The notes under the pieces are model-generated. The model had not been told where the DNA came from, ran no database searches, and saw only the letters and a list, made by a program, of their open reading frames with translations. A stretch of 57,997 bases of DNA, counting the filler, from Nitrospirota bacterium (GTDB lineage: Bacteria; JACPQY01): assembly GCA_016180645.1 (NCBI GenBank). It is 3 parts of 3 records of this genome, joined end to end, with 100 filler letters (N's around TTAATTAATTAA, not from the genome) between each part and the next. Parts side by side here need not be neighbours in the genome. Positions count along the whole stretch, not along the records: positions 1 to 21,966 come from JACPAV010000051.1; 2 more parts are not named here. One strand, given 5' to 3'. A program made the translations under genes and the position numbers. The first letter of the stretch is position 1. Every line of letters starts with the position of its first letter. Below, piece after piece: positions 1-9,765 of this stretch.

Positions 1-426
1 GGCGCGGTCCAACGCCTTGATCCGGTGGGGAACTCCGATAATGTAGGGATGAAGCGAGATGCCCATGACCCGCCCATTAGATGCGCCTTCCTCGTATAGA
101 ACATCAAACTGATTGCAGATCATCCGGTAGAAATCTTCGCTGTCACGATAGGTGTAGATGCAAACCAGAATATCGTTGATCTCAAGAGGATAGGGCATAG
201 ACAGGAGCGTGCCGTCTCCTACCGTAAAGGGATAAGGCTGATCATCGTTGACCCAGTCTCCGACATAGCGGATGCCCTCCTCCCAAAGGATCTGCAGGGT
301 TCCAGTATTTTCCGCCAAGCCGGCTCCCTTGCCGCCGAGTAGGTCTTTCATCCTCCCATCGCCATCGGCGCGACCGTTTCCGAAAAAGTAAACGTAGCGT
401 TTGCCTTTGGCTTTGTGCTTCTCCAT
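1..426 (-). CDS. Chimeric ORF, 3' end outside window: PPDK-like N-terminus fused in frame to a polysaccharide deacetylase/PuuE-like C-terminal part
   Basis: Hand translation from ATG 426 (SD AAGGAGG upstream): MEKHKAKGKRYVYFFGNGRADGDGRMKDLLGGKGAGLAE|NTGTLQILWEEGIRYVGDWVNDDQPY...LHPYIIGVPHRIKALDRA. Not in the ORF track because no stop lies in the window. Confidence 0.7.
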   Translation of the reverse strand, partial: MEKHKAKGKRYVYFFGNGRADGDGRMKDLLGGKGAGLAENTGTLQILWEEGIRYVGDWVNDDQPYPFTVGDGTLLSMPYPLEINDILVCIYTYRDSEDFYRMICNQFDVLYEEGASNGRVMGISLHPYIIGVPHRIKALDRA

Positions 427-487
427 GCCCGCCTCCTTAGTCAAGAGTCGCCATCGAGACCCTTATTACACTCGCCCCCAAAGGTCG

Positions 488-1069
488 TCAACCCCGCTCC
501 TGCCCCGTCTTGATCGCCTGGAGTACGGGCCGCAAAATTGTTTTGAGAGTGTCAAGAGTCCCTTCGTCCCGCAACGCCACGGCTTCGATCTCCTCCTGGG
601 GAGGCACCGGAATCAGGCTCCGAAGCGTATCCATCGAATGGGCCGCGGGCAGATCCCGCTTATTGTATTGAAGGACCAAGGGCACGCTTTCGATCGAGGC
701 GCCCGCGGAGGCGAGGCCTTGTCGAAGCCGCTCGAAGGCGCGCTGGTTATCCTCTTCCCGCCCGGGCTCGGAATCGACGATGAAGACGACGCCATCCGCT
801 CCGTGCAGAAGGGGTTCACCCAGGGTGAGATTGAACGTGCCATGGAGCGCGCACAGGTGCACCGAGACGTCGAAACCTTGCAGTCCTCCGAGATCGAGGT
901 GCAGCATCTCGACCGGGGGATTTTCGGGGGCGGGGAGCGAAAGGGGTCTGACCGATTCCGGTGAACTTTGCAGGATTGAACGCAGGTTCTCCGATTTGCC
1001 GCAACGGGCCGGACCCCAGTAGACAATCTTGGCGGCGGAAATCCGGTTGAGAGAATCCGTGTAGGACAT
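488..1069 (-). CDS. MglA-like small Ras-family GTPase (divergent)
   Basis: KIVYWGPARCGKS P-loop, GADGVVFIVDS, VLQYNKRDL and EAVA motifs typical of MglA. Confidence 0.8.
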   Translation of the reverse strand: MSYTDSLNRISAAKIVYWGPARCGKSENLRSILQSSPESVRPLSLPAPENPPVEMLHLDLGGLQGFDVSVHLCALHGTFNLTLGEPLLHGADGVVFIVDSEPGREEDNQRAFERLRQGLASAGASIESVPLVLQYNKRDLPAAHSMDTLRSLIPVPPQEEIEAVALRDEGTLDTLKTILRPVLQAIKTGQERG

Positions 1070-1085
1070 GGAGCGTGGGGGTTGC

Positions 1086-1502
1086 CTATTCCCCCAGGAC
1101 GTGCACGATGACATGGCGTTCGCGCGGGCGGTTGTCGAAATCACAGAGCACGATCTGCTGCCACGTGCCGAGGGCCGGTTTTCCGCGGGAAATGGGGACG
1201 GCTACCGATGGGCCCAGGAGCGCGGCGCGCACGTGGGCGTAGCCGTTCATGTCCCCCCAGCGTTGGTCGTGCTCGTACACCGGTCCCCGAGGCGCGATGC
1301 GCTCGATGGCCCGTCGCAAGTCGTTTACCGCGCCGCTTTCATATTCGATAGTGGTGACCGAGGCGGTGGAGCCGGGAACGAAGACCGTGAGCAGCCCCTC
1401 GCGCACGCCGGACTCTTCGACGACCCGTGCGACCTGTGGGGTCAGATCGAGGATATCGGTCTCTGAAGTTGTTCTGAGCGATAGGGTCGAGGTGAAGACC
1501 AT
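1086..1502 (-). CDS. yjbQ: YjbQ/UPF0047 family protein
   Basis: VPGSTAS, YEHD...NGYAHVRAALLG and LGTWQQIVLCDFD motifs; SD GGAGG. Confidence 0.92.
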   Translation of the reverse strand: MVFTSTLSLRTTSETDILDLTPQVARVVEESGVREGLLTVFVPGSTASVTTIEYESGAVNDLRRAIERIAPRGPVYEHDQRWGDMNGYAHVRAALLGPSVAVPISRGKPALGTWQQIVLCDFDNRPRERHVIVHVLGE

Positions 1503-1622
1503 GGGCTGTTGAACCTCCTATCGCACCGCGGCACGCCTTGCAAGAAGGGCGGACCGCCGACTGGGCCGGTGGAGAATCTATTTGCTGTTGCCAAACCGGA
1601 CCGGCTGGGATAGTTTCGGAAT

Positions 1623-2000
1623 GTGCTGGAAGACCGGACCGAGACGGAAAGACTGCTCAGGCTCTACCGTCGGGTCCGCTCCCGATCGAGGAAGCTCTCC
1701 ACGCTGATCCACGAGGCGCAGTCCAGATCAGGCGAGCGGATGCGCCTGCGAACGCCCAGGGGGGCACGAAAATCCAAATTGGGAACGCGCCCCTTTGCGA
1801 TTCCAGAATTGGAAAATCACCTTCTTGAAGAGATCATCGAGATCGAGCAATCGTACCGTGAGATGAGAGGCGACCTCGGAGACCCGACGCTCATCGACAA
1901 AATGGGGAGGAATTCCTGGGCGGAGGCGAATCGACTGCTCGGCGAGATCCTCGGCACCTTCGATAGGATCAAGGACGTCTTTCGCGTCAAGATTTGCTGA
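1623..2000 (+). CDS. Hypothetical helical protein
   Basis: 125-aa ORF filling the intergenic space; no recognised motif. Confidence 0.5.
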   Translation: MLEDRTETERLLRLYRRVRSRSRKLSTLIHEAQSRSGERMRLRTPRGARKSKLGTRPFAIPELENHLLEEIIEIEQSYREMRGDLGDPTLIDKMGRNSWAEANRLLGEILGTFDRIKDVFRVKIC

Positions 2001-2049
2001 TCTGTTCCAGAATCTCAAAATTGAAATTTGAGATATCAGATTCCCGGAT

Positions 2050-2123
2050 GCGGTCGAGCGTGAGGCGAGCCGCACTCGCAACTTCTGCAAGCCGACCATG
2101 GAGGGTCGGCATGTTGAAGCGAG

Positions 2124-2125
<2 letters not shown>
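2050..2125. repeat. 76-bp structured palindromic element, copy 1, abutting the tRNA 3' end
   Basis: 66/76 identical by hand count to the reverse complement of 2627-2702; nested stems CACTCGC/GCGAGTG and GCCGACC/GGTCGGC. Confidence 0.85.
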
Positions 2126-2196
<71 letters not shown>

Positions 2197-2405
2197 ATGG
2201 AAGGCCAGTCCCTGCCGCCCCCGCCGAGCCAGGACGGTGAGGCCGATTCAATCGGCAGGGGCAGGCGCACTATCTCCGTCATCGCGGGCGTCCGTGCCCG
2301 CCGTCAAAGGATGATAGTGCGGCCGACTTCACGTCGGACCGCGGCAACTCCATGGCGAACAGGGTAGTCCGACTTCATCGAGGATTCAATGGATCGGGTG
2401 GGGGG

Positions 2406-3530
2406 TCAGTCGCGAACGTCCCAGGTATCGCCTGAGCCGAAAACCCGGTCGAGGTCCCCGGGACCTCTCTTCTCTGTGATGTCTCGAATCTGACGATGGA
2501 CGAGTTCTTCGTAAGCGGGGAGCTGGGTTTCACGGAAAACGCCGATGGGCATCGGAAAATCCGGCGGCTTCAATCCGGCGAGCAGATAGGCCGTCGCCGG
2601 GTCTGTTGCGTCGTAGTGCAGCACATCACTCGCTTCGTCATGCCGACCTTCCATGGTCGGCGACAAATTGTTGCGAGTGCGGCTCGCCTCACGCTCGACC
2701 GCTGATCCGCGCGCCCCGCTCCCCATCGGGACCACCTCGATGCGGTGACCCGATCCCATTCGCAGCGCTTGGTCCTTGTTCTTCCCAAAAACGAGCGGTT
2801 GACCGTGAACGAGTTCGATGTTGCGATCGTCGCGAATCTCCTTCTCGGTGAAGTCGGTGAACGCATTGTCGTTGTAGATCGGGCAGTTCTGGAAGACATG
2901 GAGAAAGGCGGCCCCTTTGTGCAACGCGGCCCGGCGGAGCATTTCAATCATGTGCTTCTGATACACATCGACGGAACGGGCCACAAACGTGGCGCCGGCC
3001 GCGAGGGCCAATAGGATGGGATCGACAGGTCGCTCCACCGTTCCGAATGGAGCGGACTTGTTTACCTTGCCGAATTCGCTCGTCGGCGAGTACTGACCCT
3101 TGGTCAATCCGTAGATCCGATTGTCAAAGAGAACGATCTTCAGGTTCACGTTCCGACGCATGGCGTGGAGGAGGTGATTCCCTCCGATGGACAGGCCGTC
3201 GCCGTCGCCCGTCATGACCCACACGAGGAGGTCCGGATTGGCCAGCGCGATCCCCGTGGCGATGGCCGGAGCGCGGCCGTGGATGCCATGGAATCCATAG
3301 GTGTTCACGTAATAGGGGAAGCGTGATGAACAACCGATGCCGGAAACGACCACGAATTTCTCGCGGGGCACGCCGAGCTGGGCGAAGGCCGTGGTCGCGG
3401 CGTTCAGGATCGAATAGTCCCCGCAACCTGGGCACCAACGGATCTCCTGATCGGATTGGAAATCTTTCCGACTGAGCTTCAGCGCGGGCGCCGGCGCGGT
3501 GGACGAGGGGACGTTGGGGAGGGTCGACAT
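2406..3530 (-). CDS. korB: 2-oxoacid:ferredoxin oxidoreductase subunit beta
   Basis: WCPGCGD, GIGCSSR, HGRA, GDGD TPP motif and YGLTKGQYSPT. Start MSTLP lies just after the korA stop. Confidence 0.95.
   Translation of the reverse strand: MSTLPNVPSSTAPAPALKLSRKDFQSDQEIRWCPGCGDYSILNAATTAFAQLGVPREKFVVVSGIGCSSRFPYYVNTYGFHGIHGRAPAIATGIALANPDLLVWVMTGDGDGLSIGGNHLLHAMRRNVNLKIVLFDNRIYGLTKGQYSPTSEFGKVNKSAPFGTVERPVDPILLALAAGATFVARSVDVYQKHMIEMLRRAALHKGAAFLHVFQNCPIYNDNAFTDFTEKEIRDDRNIELVHGQPLVFGKNKDQALRMGSGHRIEVVPMGSGARGSAVEREASRTRNNLSPTMEGRHDEASDVLHYDATDPATAYLLAGLKPPDFPMPIGVFRETQLPAYEELVHRQIRDITEKRGPGDLDRVFGSGDTWDVRD
2627..2702. repeat. 76-bp structured palindromic element, copy 2, in frame inside korB
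   Basis: Encodes AVEREASRTRNNLSPTMEGRHDEAS within KorB; inverted relative to copy 1. Confidence 0.85.
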
Positions 3531-3532
3531 CT

Positions 3533-5440
3533 TCAGTTCGCTTTCAGGTGTTTCCGGATTTCCTGCTTCAGTTCCTGCACGGTGAAGGGCTGGCCCGTGA
3601 TGCGATTGTAACCGGCCGCATCCACGAGGTAATCCGCCCTCAAGAGCCGCCGAAGCTGTCCAAGGTTGTTCTCGGCGACGAGCACGCGTGGGGCGCGACG
3701 CAGGATCTCTTCGAGCGCCGAGGGGAGCGGATTCAGATGGCGGAGGTGGACCTGGGCGACCGAGAGGCCTTCCTCGATCGACTGTTCCACCGCGGTGCGG
3801 ATCGGGCCGAAGGTGCTGCCCCACCCCACGATGAGCAGCCGCGCATCGGCGGAGCCGAAGATTTCGGGGGCGGGAATGTCCTGCGCGATTCGCGCCACTT
3901 TCTCGGCCCGCAGCCTCACCATCATGTCGTGATTGGCAGGGTCGTAGGAAATATTTCCATGGATGTGGCCTTTTTCGAGGCCCCCGATGCGATGCTCGAA
4001 GCCCGCCGTGCCGGGGACGACCCACGGCCGGGCGAGGGTTTTCTCGTCCCGGTCGTATGGGTGGAACGGCCCGTTCCGATGGCCCCTTCCGTTCTCGATC
4101 CATTTGCGCGGTCCCATTTCAAACGGAGGGATGTCCTTTGACTGGCGTACCCGCCACGGCTCGGCTCCGAAGACCGTATAGAGATCCGTGAGAACGATCA
4201 CGGGTGTCATGTACTTGACGGCGATCCTCGCCGCCTCGATGACCACGTCGAAGCAGTCGGACGCGGAGGCGGTGGCGAGGATCGGCACCGGTGATTCGGA
4301 GGGTCGGCCGTACATCGCGAAGAGAAGATCGGCCTGCTCCGTTTTTGTCGGCAGTCCCGTGGAGGGGCCGGCGCGCTGCACGTCGATCACGAGGAGCGGG
4401 AGTTCCGTCATCACCGCCAGGTTCACCGCCTCGCTCTTGAGGGCGAGGCCGGGACCGCTCGTGCCGGTGATCCCGAGGGATCCCGCGAAGGAGGCGCCGA
4501 TGGCCGCATTGACCGCGGCGATCTCGTCTTCGGCCTGCATGGTGACCACCCCGAAATGCTTGTAGCCGGAAAGTTCGTGCAGGAGATCGCTGGCCGGCGT
4601 GATCGGATAGCTGCAGTAGACCAGCTGAAGGCCGCTTTTCTGAGACGCGGTGAGGAGGCCGTAGGCGAGGCCCGTGGTGCCGGTGATGTTCTTGTACTTT
4701 CCGGGGGCGAGTCGAGCCGGCGGAACTTCGTAGGCCACCTGGAAGAGTTCCATCGTGTCGGCGAAATTGAAACCGGTTCGAAGCACGCGGGAGTTGGCCT
4801 CGACGAATTCGGGCGACTTGGAGAACTTGCTTCGAATCCAGCGCTCGATCGGTTCCAGGGGACGGTTGTAGAGCCAGCAAACGATACCCAGAGCGAAGAA
4901 ATTGCGGCAGCGCTCGCGGTCCTTATGCGAGATCGAATTCAGATCCTCTATCGCCTTTACGGTCAGGGACGTCATGGGGATTTTGACCACGCGGTAGCCC
5001 GCGAGGGAGCCGTCGTCCAGAGGATTCGTTTTGTATTCGGCGCGCTCAAGATTCTTGTCCGTGAACTCATCCGCGTTGACGATGAGGGTTCCGTTGGGCG
5101 AGAGCCGGTTCAAATTGGTTTTGAGCGCGGCCGGATTGAAAATGACGAGCACTTCCGCCGCGTCGCCCGGCGTGTGAATGTCGTAGGAGGAGAATTGAAT
5201 CTGGAACCCCGAGACGCCCGGAAGCGAGCCGGCGGGGGCGCGGATCTCCGCGGGGAAATCGGGGAACGTGGCCAGATCATTCCCCGCGATGGCCGTCACG
5301 TTCGTAAACTGCCCGCCGGTTACCTGAATGCCGTCGCCGGAATCACCGGCAAATCGCACGGTGACTTGTCGGACCTCCTTGCGTTCGATCTTTCGAGCGA
5401 CGCGGGGTGTCTGGGTTTGAGCCTGTGGATGTGAGTCCAT
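3533..5440 (-). CDS. korA: 2-oxoacid:acceptor oxidoreductase subunit alpha (gamma-alpha fusion type)
   Basis: AGDSGDG, PAEIRAPAG, YPITPAS, AEDEIAA, TSGPG and QRAGPSTGLPTK motifs. Confidence 0.95.
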   Translation of the reverse strand: MDSHPQAQTQTPRVARKIERKEVRQVTVRFAGDSGDGIQVTGGQFTNVTAIAGNDLATFPDFPAEIRAPAGSLPGVSGFQIQFSSYDIHTPGDAAEVLVIFNPAALKTNLNRLSPNGTLIVNADEFTDKNLERAEYKTNPLDDGSLAGYRVVKIPMTSLTVKAIEDLNSISHKDRERCRNFFALGIVCWLYNRPLEPIERWIRSKFSKSPEFVEANSRVLRTGFNFADTMELFQVAYEVPPARLAPGKYKNITGTTGLAYGLLTASQKSGLQLVYCSYPITPASDLLHELSGYKHFGVVTMQAEDEIAAVNAAIGASFAGSLGITGTSGPGLALKSEAVNLAVMTELPLLVIDVQRAGPSTGLPTKTEQADLLFAMYGRPSESPVPILATASASDCFDVVIEAARIAVKYMTPVIVLTDLYTVFGAEPWRVRQSKDIPPFEMGPRKWIENGRGHRNGPFHPYDRDEKTLARPWVVPGTAGFEHRIGGLEKGHIHGNISYDPANHDMMVRLRAEKVARIAQDIPAPEIFGSADARLLIVGWGSTFGPIRTAVEQSIEEGLSVAQVHLRHLNPLPSALEEILRRAPRVLVAENNLGQLRRLLRADYLVDAAGYNRITGQPFTVQELKQEIRKHLKAN

Positions 5441-5573
5441 GATCGCCTTGCAAGTCTTATTGTAGGACCATCTCGATCACCAATCAAGAGGAAGTCTTGG
5501 GGTGAACAGTGCCTGATCGCGCGATGGAATCTCTGTTGAGTTGGGCGATCGTTGTCCATATAATTGCGTGGTT

Positions 5574-6326
5574 ATGGGTCTTTTCTCCTGGCTGGGTGGC
5601 AGTAAGGTGGAGGCGCCGCCGGGTTCGCTGGTCAACCCGAAGGAGGTGGATTTCGTCCTCAAGAACGCCTCTACCGAGAACGTTAAGATCGAGGTTTCCT
5701 TCACCGGCGATCAGATGGAGTACGTGTCGAAATTCCTGGAAGCCGGGAAGGCGAAGAGCGGGCCCTATCTGGCGATAGCGCCACTCGATCCGGAAGACGG
5801 CAACACGGTGTTGACCCGTCGGAAGGTGTTCGAAGTCCACTTTCAGTACCGCGACATCCCCTATGGATTCCGGGCCAACCTCGTGGCCTCACTGGAAGGA
5901 GGATGCTACAAGATTACCTCGCCTCCGTTCCTGCTCCGAACCCAGAAGCGAAGCTATTTTCGTGTCTTTCCTTCCTATCAAGACCCCGTTTTCGTTTCGT
6001 TCATGGTTTCGGGGAACACCTACAAGGAGAAAGTGGAGGACCTGAGCGAAGGAGGTTTCTCTTTCTCCACGAACCTTGAAAAGGACATTCTGAAACCCGG
6101 TCTTGTCATGGAGAATACGGTACTCTACCTGCCGGACGATACGGTATTCACGAACTGCGTGCTCCGGGCGCATTTTCCGAACAAGGATTCAACGGCGACG
6201 AAATACAAGTGCGGCGTCCAATTCCAGCGATTGGAAGGGAACGACGCGCAGGTACTGGCTCGATACATTTTCAAGCGGCAGCGGGACATGCTTCAGGAGG
6301 ACCGGGCCGCTCAGAAGAAAGAGTAG
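5574..6326 (+). CDS. PilZ-domain flagellar brake (YcgR-like) protein
   Basis: QKRSYFRV (RxxxR-type) and DLSEGG (DxSxxG) c-di-GMP motifs; CGVQF. Confidence 0.85.
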   Translation: MGLFSWLGGSKVEAPPGSLVNPKEVDFVLKNASTENVKIEVSFTGDQMEYVSKFLEAGKAKSGPYLAIAPLDPEDGNTVLTRRKVFEVHFQYRDIPYGFRANLVASLEGGCYKITSPPFLLRTQKRSYFRVFPSYQDPVFVSFMVSGNTYKEKVEDLSEGGFSFSTNLEKDILKPGLVMENTVLYLPDDTVFTNCVLRAHFPNKDSTATKYKCGVQFQRLEGNDAQVLARYIFKRQRDMLQEDRAAQKKE

Positions 6327-6332
6327 CGGAGT

Positions 6333-6629
6333 CTACCGGGGCGCGGGGGGAGGCGTGTCGCCCTTGAGCCGGTAGACGAATCCCAGGATCTGCGCGACCG
6401 CGGCATAGACATCGGGCGGGATTTCCGCAAACAGATCGACCTTCGAAAGAATCTCGACCAGGTCGGGGTTCTCTTCCATCGGAATACGGTTCTCCCGGGC
6501 GAGCTCGATGATTTTGTCGGCAATGTACCCCTGGCCCTTGGCCGTCACCCGTGGAGCCGTGTCTCTCGCCGGACGATATCGGAGAGCGACGGCCTTCTTC
6601 TTCGGTGGAGGGTTCGTTTTCTCGTCCAT
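6333..6629 (-). CDS. FlhB C-terminal-like (FlhX/EscU-type) protein
   Basis: KAVALRY...APRVTAKGQGYIADKIIELARENRIP...EIPPDVYAAVAQILGFVY. Confidence 0.9.
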   Translation of the reverse strand: MDEKTNPPPKKKAVALRYRPARDTAPRVTAKGQGYIADKIIELARENRIPMEENPDLVEILSKVDLFAEIPPDVYAAVAQILGFVYRLKGDTPPPAPR

Positions 6630-6636
6630 CGGTGGA

Positions 6637-7620
6637 CTAGGCTCGGGTGTCGATGAGCCGGTATCCCTTGGGGATGAGGATTTGAACCGGACCGGATCCC
6701 GCGGCTTCCCGTCGAAGATCATTGAAACTTAGCCGCGCGCTCCATCCGAGCGATTCAAGAGCGGACTGAAGCTCTGGCGCCCGCTCCTGGGCTTTCGCGC
6801 GCGTGGTCGGCTCGGCGGCGTAGAAGGTGAGGTACAGCGTCTTTCCGGTGAACGAGGCGTCGATTTGGACATTTCCCATCGAGGGCAGATTCAGGAGCAT
6901 CACGACGCGGTACGGAGGAGTTTTTTCCCGCTTCCCTTCGTCTTGATCCGGTTTGTCACCGGTTTTCTTCAGGAAGTAGATGTCGACATCCGACCATTCG
7001 CCGGTTGAGAACTGAAGCAGCAGCGGCAGGAGCTGGGCGCCGTCGTTTTCCCGAGGGACGCTGTTCAGCCATTTGATCAGTTCGAGATTGTCCGAGAGCC
7101 GACGGAGGGAAGAGAGGAGTTTCCCGCTGACGGGAGGTACGATGTCCGGCAGGGCCTTGAGAATGCGCGCGAGCCGTGTGCGAAGGTCATCGCCGAGGGG
7201 GATCTGCGGAGTTCCTAATCGTGCGGCCATCCGAAGAAGGTTCTCGCGCTGCAGACCCAGGGCATGAATCTGCTTTGGGATCGAAAGACCGGGAAGCTTG
7301 TCCTCCGAAACGACCCAATCCTTGAGTGCGCGGGACAGCTCCGTCAGCTCCGGGGTTTCCTCGCTCCCCATCGGAGGGAGGTCGGCGAGAATTTCCCCCA
7401 CCAAGGCGCCCAGCCGTTCGCGCGAGGGCAGGAGGTCGCGGATTCGGGTGCTGACGGGATCCGCCGGCGCCGGGGTACTGGACAAAAGGGAGAGAACCAC
7501 CTGGGGGCGCAACTGGGTGATCTGGAGTTTGACGGTGTCTCCCGGTTTGAGCGGGGCGGTCGATTCCGCGGTAATCCCGAGCCCTTGAACGCTGATCAGG
7601 GCACGGTTCCCTTCCAACAC
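6637..7620 (-). CDS. Flagellar hook-length control FliK-like protein
   Basis: C-terminal LNLPSMGNVQIDASF...LQSALESLG FliK_C-like fold, next to the FlhB-like gene. The frame stays open to about 7746 (possible CTG start at 7740). Confidence 0.7.
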   Translation of the reverse strand: MLEGNRALISVQGLGITAESTAPLKPGDTVKLQITQLRPQVVLSLLSSTPAPADPVSTRIRDLLPSRERLGALVGEILADLPPMGSEETPELTELSRALKDWVVSEDKLPGLSIPKQIHALGLQRENLLRMAARLGTPQIPLGDDLRTRLARILKALPDIVPPVSGKLLSSLRRLSDNLELIKWLNSVPRENDGAQLLPLLLQFSTGEWSDVDIYFLKKTGDKPDQDEGKREKTPPYRVVMLLNLPSMGNVQIDASFTGKTLYLTFYAAEPTTRAKAQERAPELQSALESLGWSARLSFNDLRREAAGSGPVQILIPKGYRLIDTRA

Positions 7621-7798
7621 CTTGACGACGCTGCCTTCGATGATATCCCCCTGGTCGAATTCCCGCTGGGATTTCCCGCGGATGAGTGCCAGTAGATTAA
7701 GATCGGTGGGAAAACCGAGAACCTTAGTTGAAGATCCCAGGGAAACTTAACCTATTTCCAGAGCTTCGCGGAGGGGGGAGCGGAGGCGCGGATCCGCA

Positions 7799-8311
7799 TC
7801 ACGATTCCTCCCGCCGTCCCCGGAGAGAAGCGGAGGGGGCTCCGCGGGCGGAATGGAGGCCGAGGACGAGTTCGAGTTCGCTCTTGGTGAGGTGGAGCTT
7901 CTGGGATATCTCCTGGACGCCCATGCCTTCTTCATAAAGGCGCAAGGCCACCTCGTACGGCTCCTGCCCGCCGTTGGAGGACTCCGGGCGGGCGACGGCG
8001 GCCTGGGGGACCGCTCCTCCCATCTGCTTGATCACGTGCTTCGCCTCGGTGGATTTTTCGCCGAGGTGCCGACCCTGCGTCTGGATCTCCTGCAACATGC
8101 GTTCAAAGGAGGCCCGCTTCTCCTTCATTTCGCCGTCGGCCCTGGATAGAAATTCCTCCCCTTCGCGCATCAGCCGTCCGACGGTCTCCGGCAATTCCGT
8201 CACCTCCTTGGGCAGTTTTCCGCGGCGGCGGTCGAAGAGAATCACCAGGCAGAGGAGGAGAATCAGGAAGTCGAGCGCAATGACGAGGAGAATCGGATCG
8301 GACATGATCAC
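7799..8311 (-). CDS. Membrane-anchored coiled-coil protein with C-terminal HTH (flagellar-cluster DUF2802-like)
   Basis: N-terminal TM helix, coiled coil, then LYEEGMGVQEISQKLHLTKSELELVL. Confidence 0.7.
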   Translation of the reverse strand: MIMSDPILLVIALDFLILLLCLVILFDRRRGKLPKEVTELPETVGRLMREGEEFLSRADGEMKEKRASFERMLQEIQTQGRHLGEKSTEAKHVIKQMGGAVPQAAVARPESSNGGQEPYEVALRLYEEGMGVQEISQKLHLTKSELELVLGLHSARGAPSASLRGRREES

Positions 8312-8634
8312 GCGTCGATGTTGATCTTTCCACCGATGCCCACCTGCTCGCGGAGCACTTTTTCCTCGGCGTCCACCTCCTCGCCCGTGTTCTCCGGATT
8401 CTGTCGGCCTCGCTTCTTAAACTGTTCGCGCCGCTTGTCCGCGTCAATCTTCTTCTGTTCCGCCGAATTGTTCTTCTGCACCGTTATCTTCTTCAGGAGG
8501 GAGTGCTGCTGCTGCTGGATGCTGAGCAGTCGCTGCTGCGTTTCCGGGCTGTTGAGTTGTTCAAATTGTAGTTTCTCGGCTTGGTTGAACTGCGCCAGCA
8601 CACGCTGGATGTCAACGCCGCGTACCACGCCCAT
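8308..8634 (-). CDS. Hypothetical protein (flagellar cluster)
   Basis: 108 aa, Q/K-rich, ends GGKINIDA; 4-bp overlap with the next gene. Confidence 0.6.
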   Translation of the reverse strand: MGVVRGVDIQRVLAQFNQAEKLQFEQLNSPETQQRLLSIQQQQHSLLKKITVQKNNSAEQKKIDADKRREQFKKRGRQNPENTGEEVDAEEKVLREQVGIGGKINIDA

Positions 8635-8742
8635 ACCCTATCATTCATGGGGCGGAGTGTACAAGTCCTTGCGCATGGAGCCGCCGCCGGGCGTAAATTC
8701 GGAGGTTGCATTTCAAACGGCATTTGTTTACCGTCACTTGCC

Positions 8743-9639
8743 ATGAGTCCAGACGAAATGCCCGCAAAGGGTCCCGTATTGCCTTTTGAAGTGCCAAAGG
8801 ATCTCTATCCTTTCGAGCACCGCTTCTTCAGTGTGAGCGGCATACGGATCCACTACGTGGACGAGGGCCACGGCGAGACGATCCTTTTCCTCCATGGGAA
8901 TCCTACGTGGTCGTTTGTCTACCGCGATGTCATCCGCGGGCTGAGGAGCAACCGGTATCGCTGCGTCGCTCCGGACTATCCGGGCTTCGGGATGTCAGGC
9001 AAGCCGAAAGATTTCGGCTACACCGCCGCGGATCATGCCCGAATCATGGAGGCCTGGATCACATCCCAGAAATTGAAGGACCTGACGCTGTTCGTTCACG
9101 ATTGGGGCGGCCCCATCGGGCTGTGGCTGGCCGTTCGGCATCCGGATTGGATCAAGCGGATCATCATCGCGAACACCTGGGCGTGGCCGGTTCAGGGTGA
9201 TCCGCATTTCACCCGGTTCAGCCGGATCATGGGCGGAACGCTGGGCCGGATTCTCATCGGATATCTGAATGTGTTCGTCAATTCCGGGCTGAAGAAGGGA
9301 GTCGTTCGTGGGAAGGAGAGGCTGACCCCGCCGGTGATGCAGGCCTACCGAGCGCCATTCGCGAAGATGGCCGATCGGAAGCCGATGTCGATCTTTCCGG
9401 CGCAGATCCTCGCCGCCGAGGATTTCCTCAAACAGGTTGAAACCGGACTGGCCAAACTTCAGAAGAAGCCGATCCTCATCCTGTGGGGCGAGAAGGACAT
9501 TGCATTCAGAATGTCGGAGCTCGAGCGTTTCAAGACGATTTTCCCGGCCGCCCGGGTCCGCTCGTTCCCGAACGCGGGTCATTTCGTCCAGGAGGACGTG
9601 CCGGAGGATGTGGTCTCCGCGATTCGCGGGTGGATGTAG
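8743..9639 (+). CDS. Alpha/beta hydrolase, haloalkane dehalogenase-like
   Basis: HYVDEG, LHGNPTWS, VHDWGG nucleophile, WGEKD and AGHFVQED motifs. Confidence 0.9.
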   Translation: MSPDEMPAKGPVLPFEVPKDLYPFEHRFFSVSGIRIHYVDEGHGETILFLHGNPTWSFVYRDVIRGLRSNRYRCVAPDYPGFGMSGKPKDFGYTAADHARIMEAWITSQKLKDLTLFVHDWGGPIGLWLAVRHPDWIKRIIIANTWAWPVQGDPHFTRFSRIMGGTLGRILIGYLNVFVNSGLKKGVVRGKERLTPPVMQAYRAPFAKMADRKPMSIFPAQILAAEDFLKQVETGLAKLQKKPILILWGEKDIAFRMSELERFKTIFPAARVRSFPNAGHFVQEDVPEDVVSAIRGWM

Positions 9640-9644
9640 GAAAA

Positions 9645-9762
9645 GCTCTCAGCCCTCAGCGGTCAGCTTTCAGCTTCAGAAGAACTTCCTGAATTTCGTT
9701 TTGGCGCCGGTGCGGTGTTGGAAGCGGACGGCTGAACGCCGAAAGCTGATGGCTGACGGCTT
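9645..9762. repeat. Degenerate heptamer repeats in inverted arrangement between convergent genes
   Basis: CTCAGCC/TCAGCGG/TCAGCTT tract followed by GCTGAAC/GCTGATG/GCTGACG tract. Confidence 0.55.
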
Positions 9763-9765
9763 TCC

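Noticed and set aside
1529-1541. GGCACGCCTTGC as a sigma54 promoter
   Set aside because: GG-to-GC spacing is 8 nt rather than the required 10.
2406-4103. Long alternative-frame or antisense ORFs (565-aa korB extension, 13433..15043, 38485..40293, 43624..44967 full length, 48919..50235)
   Set aside because: Shadow ORFs expected in GC-rich DNA; they overlap well-supported genes and carry no motifs.
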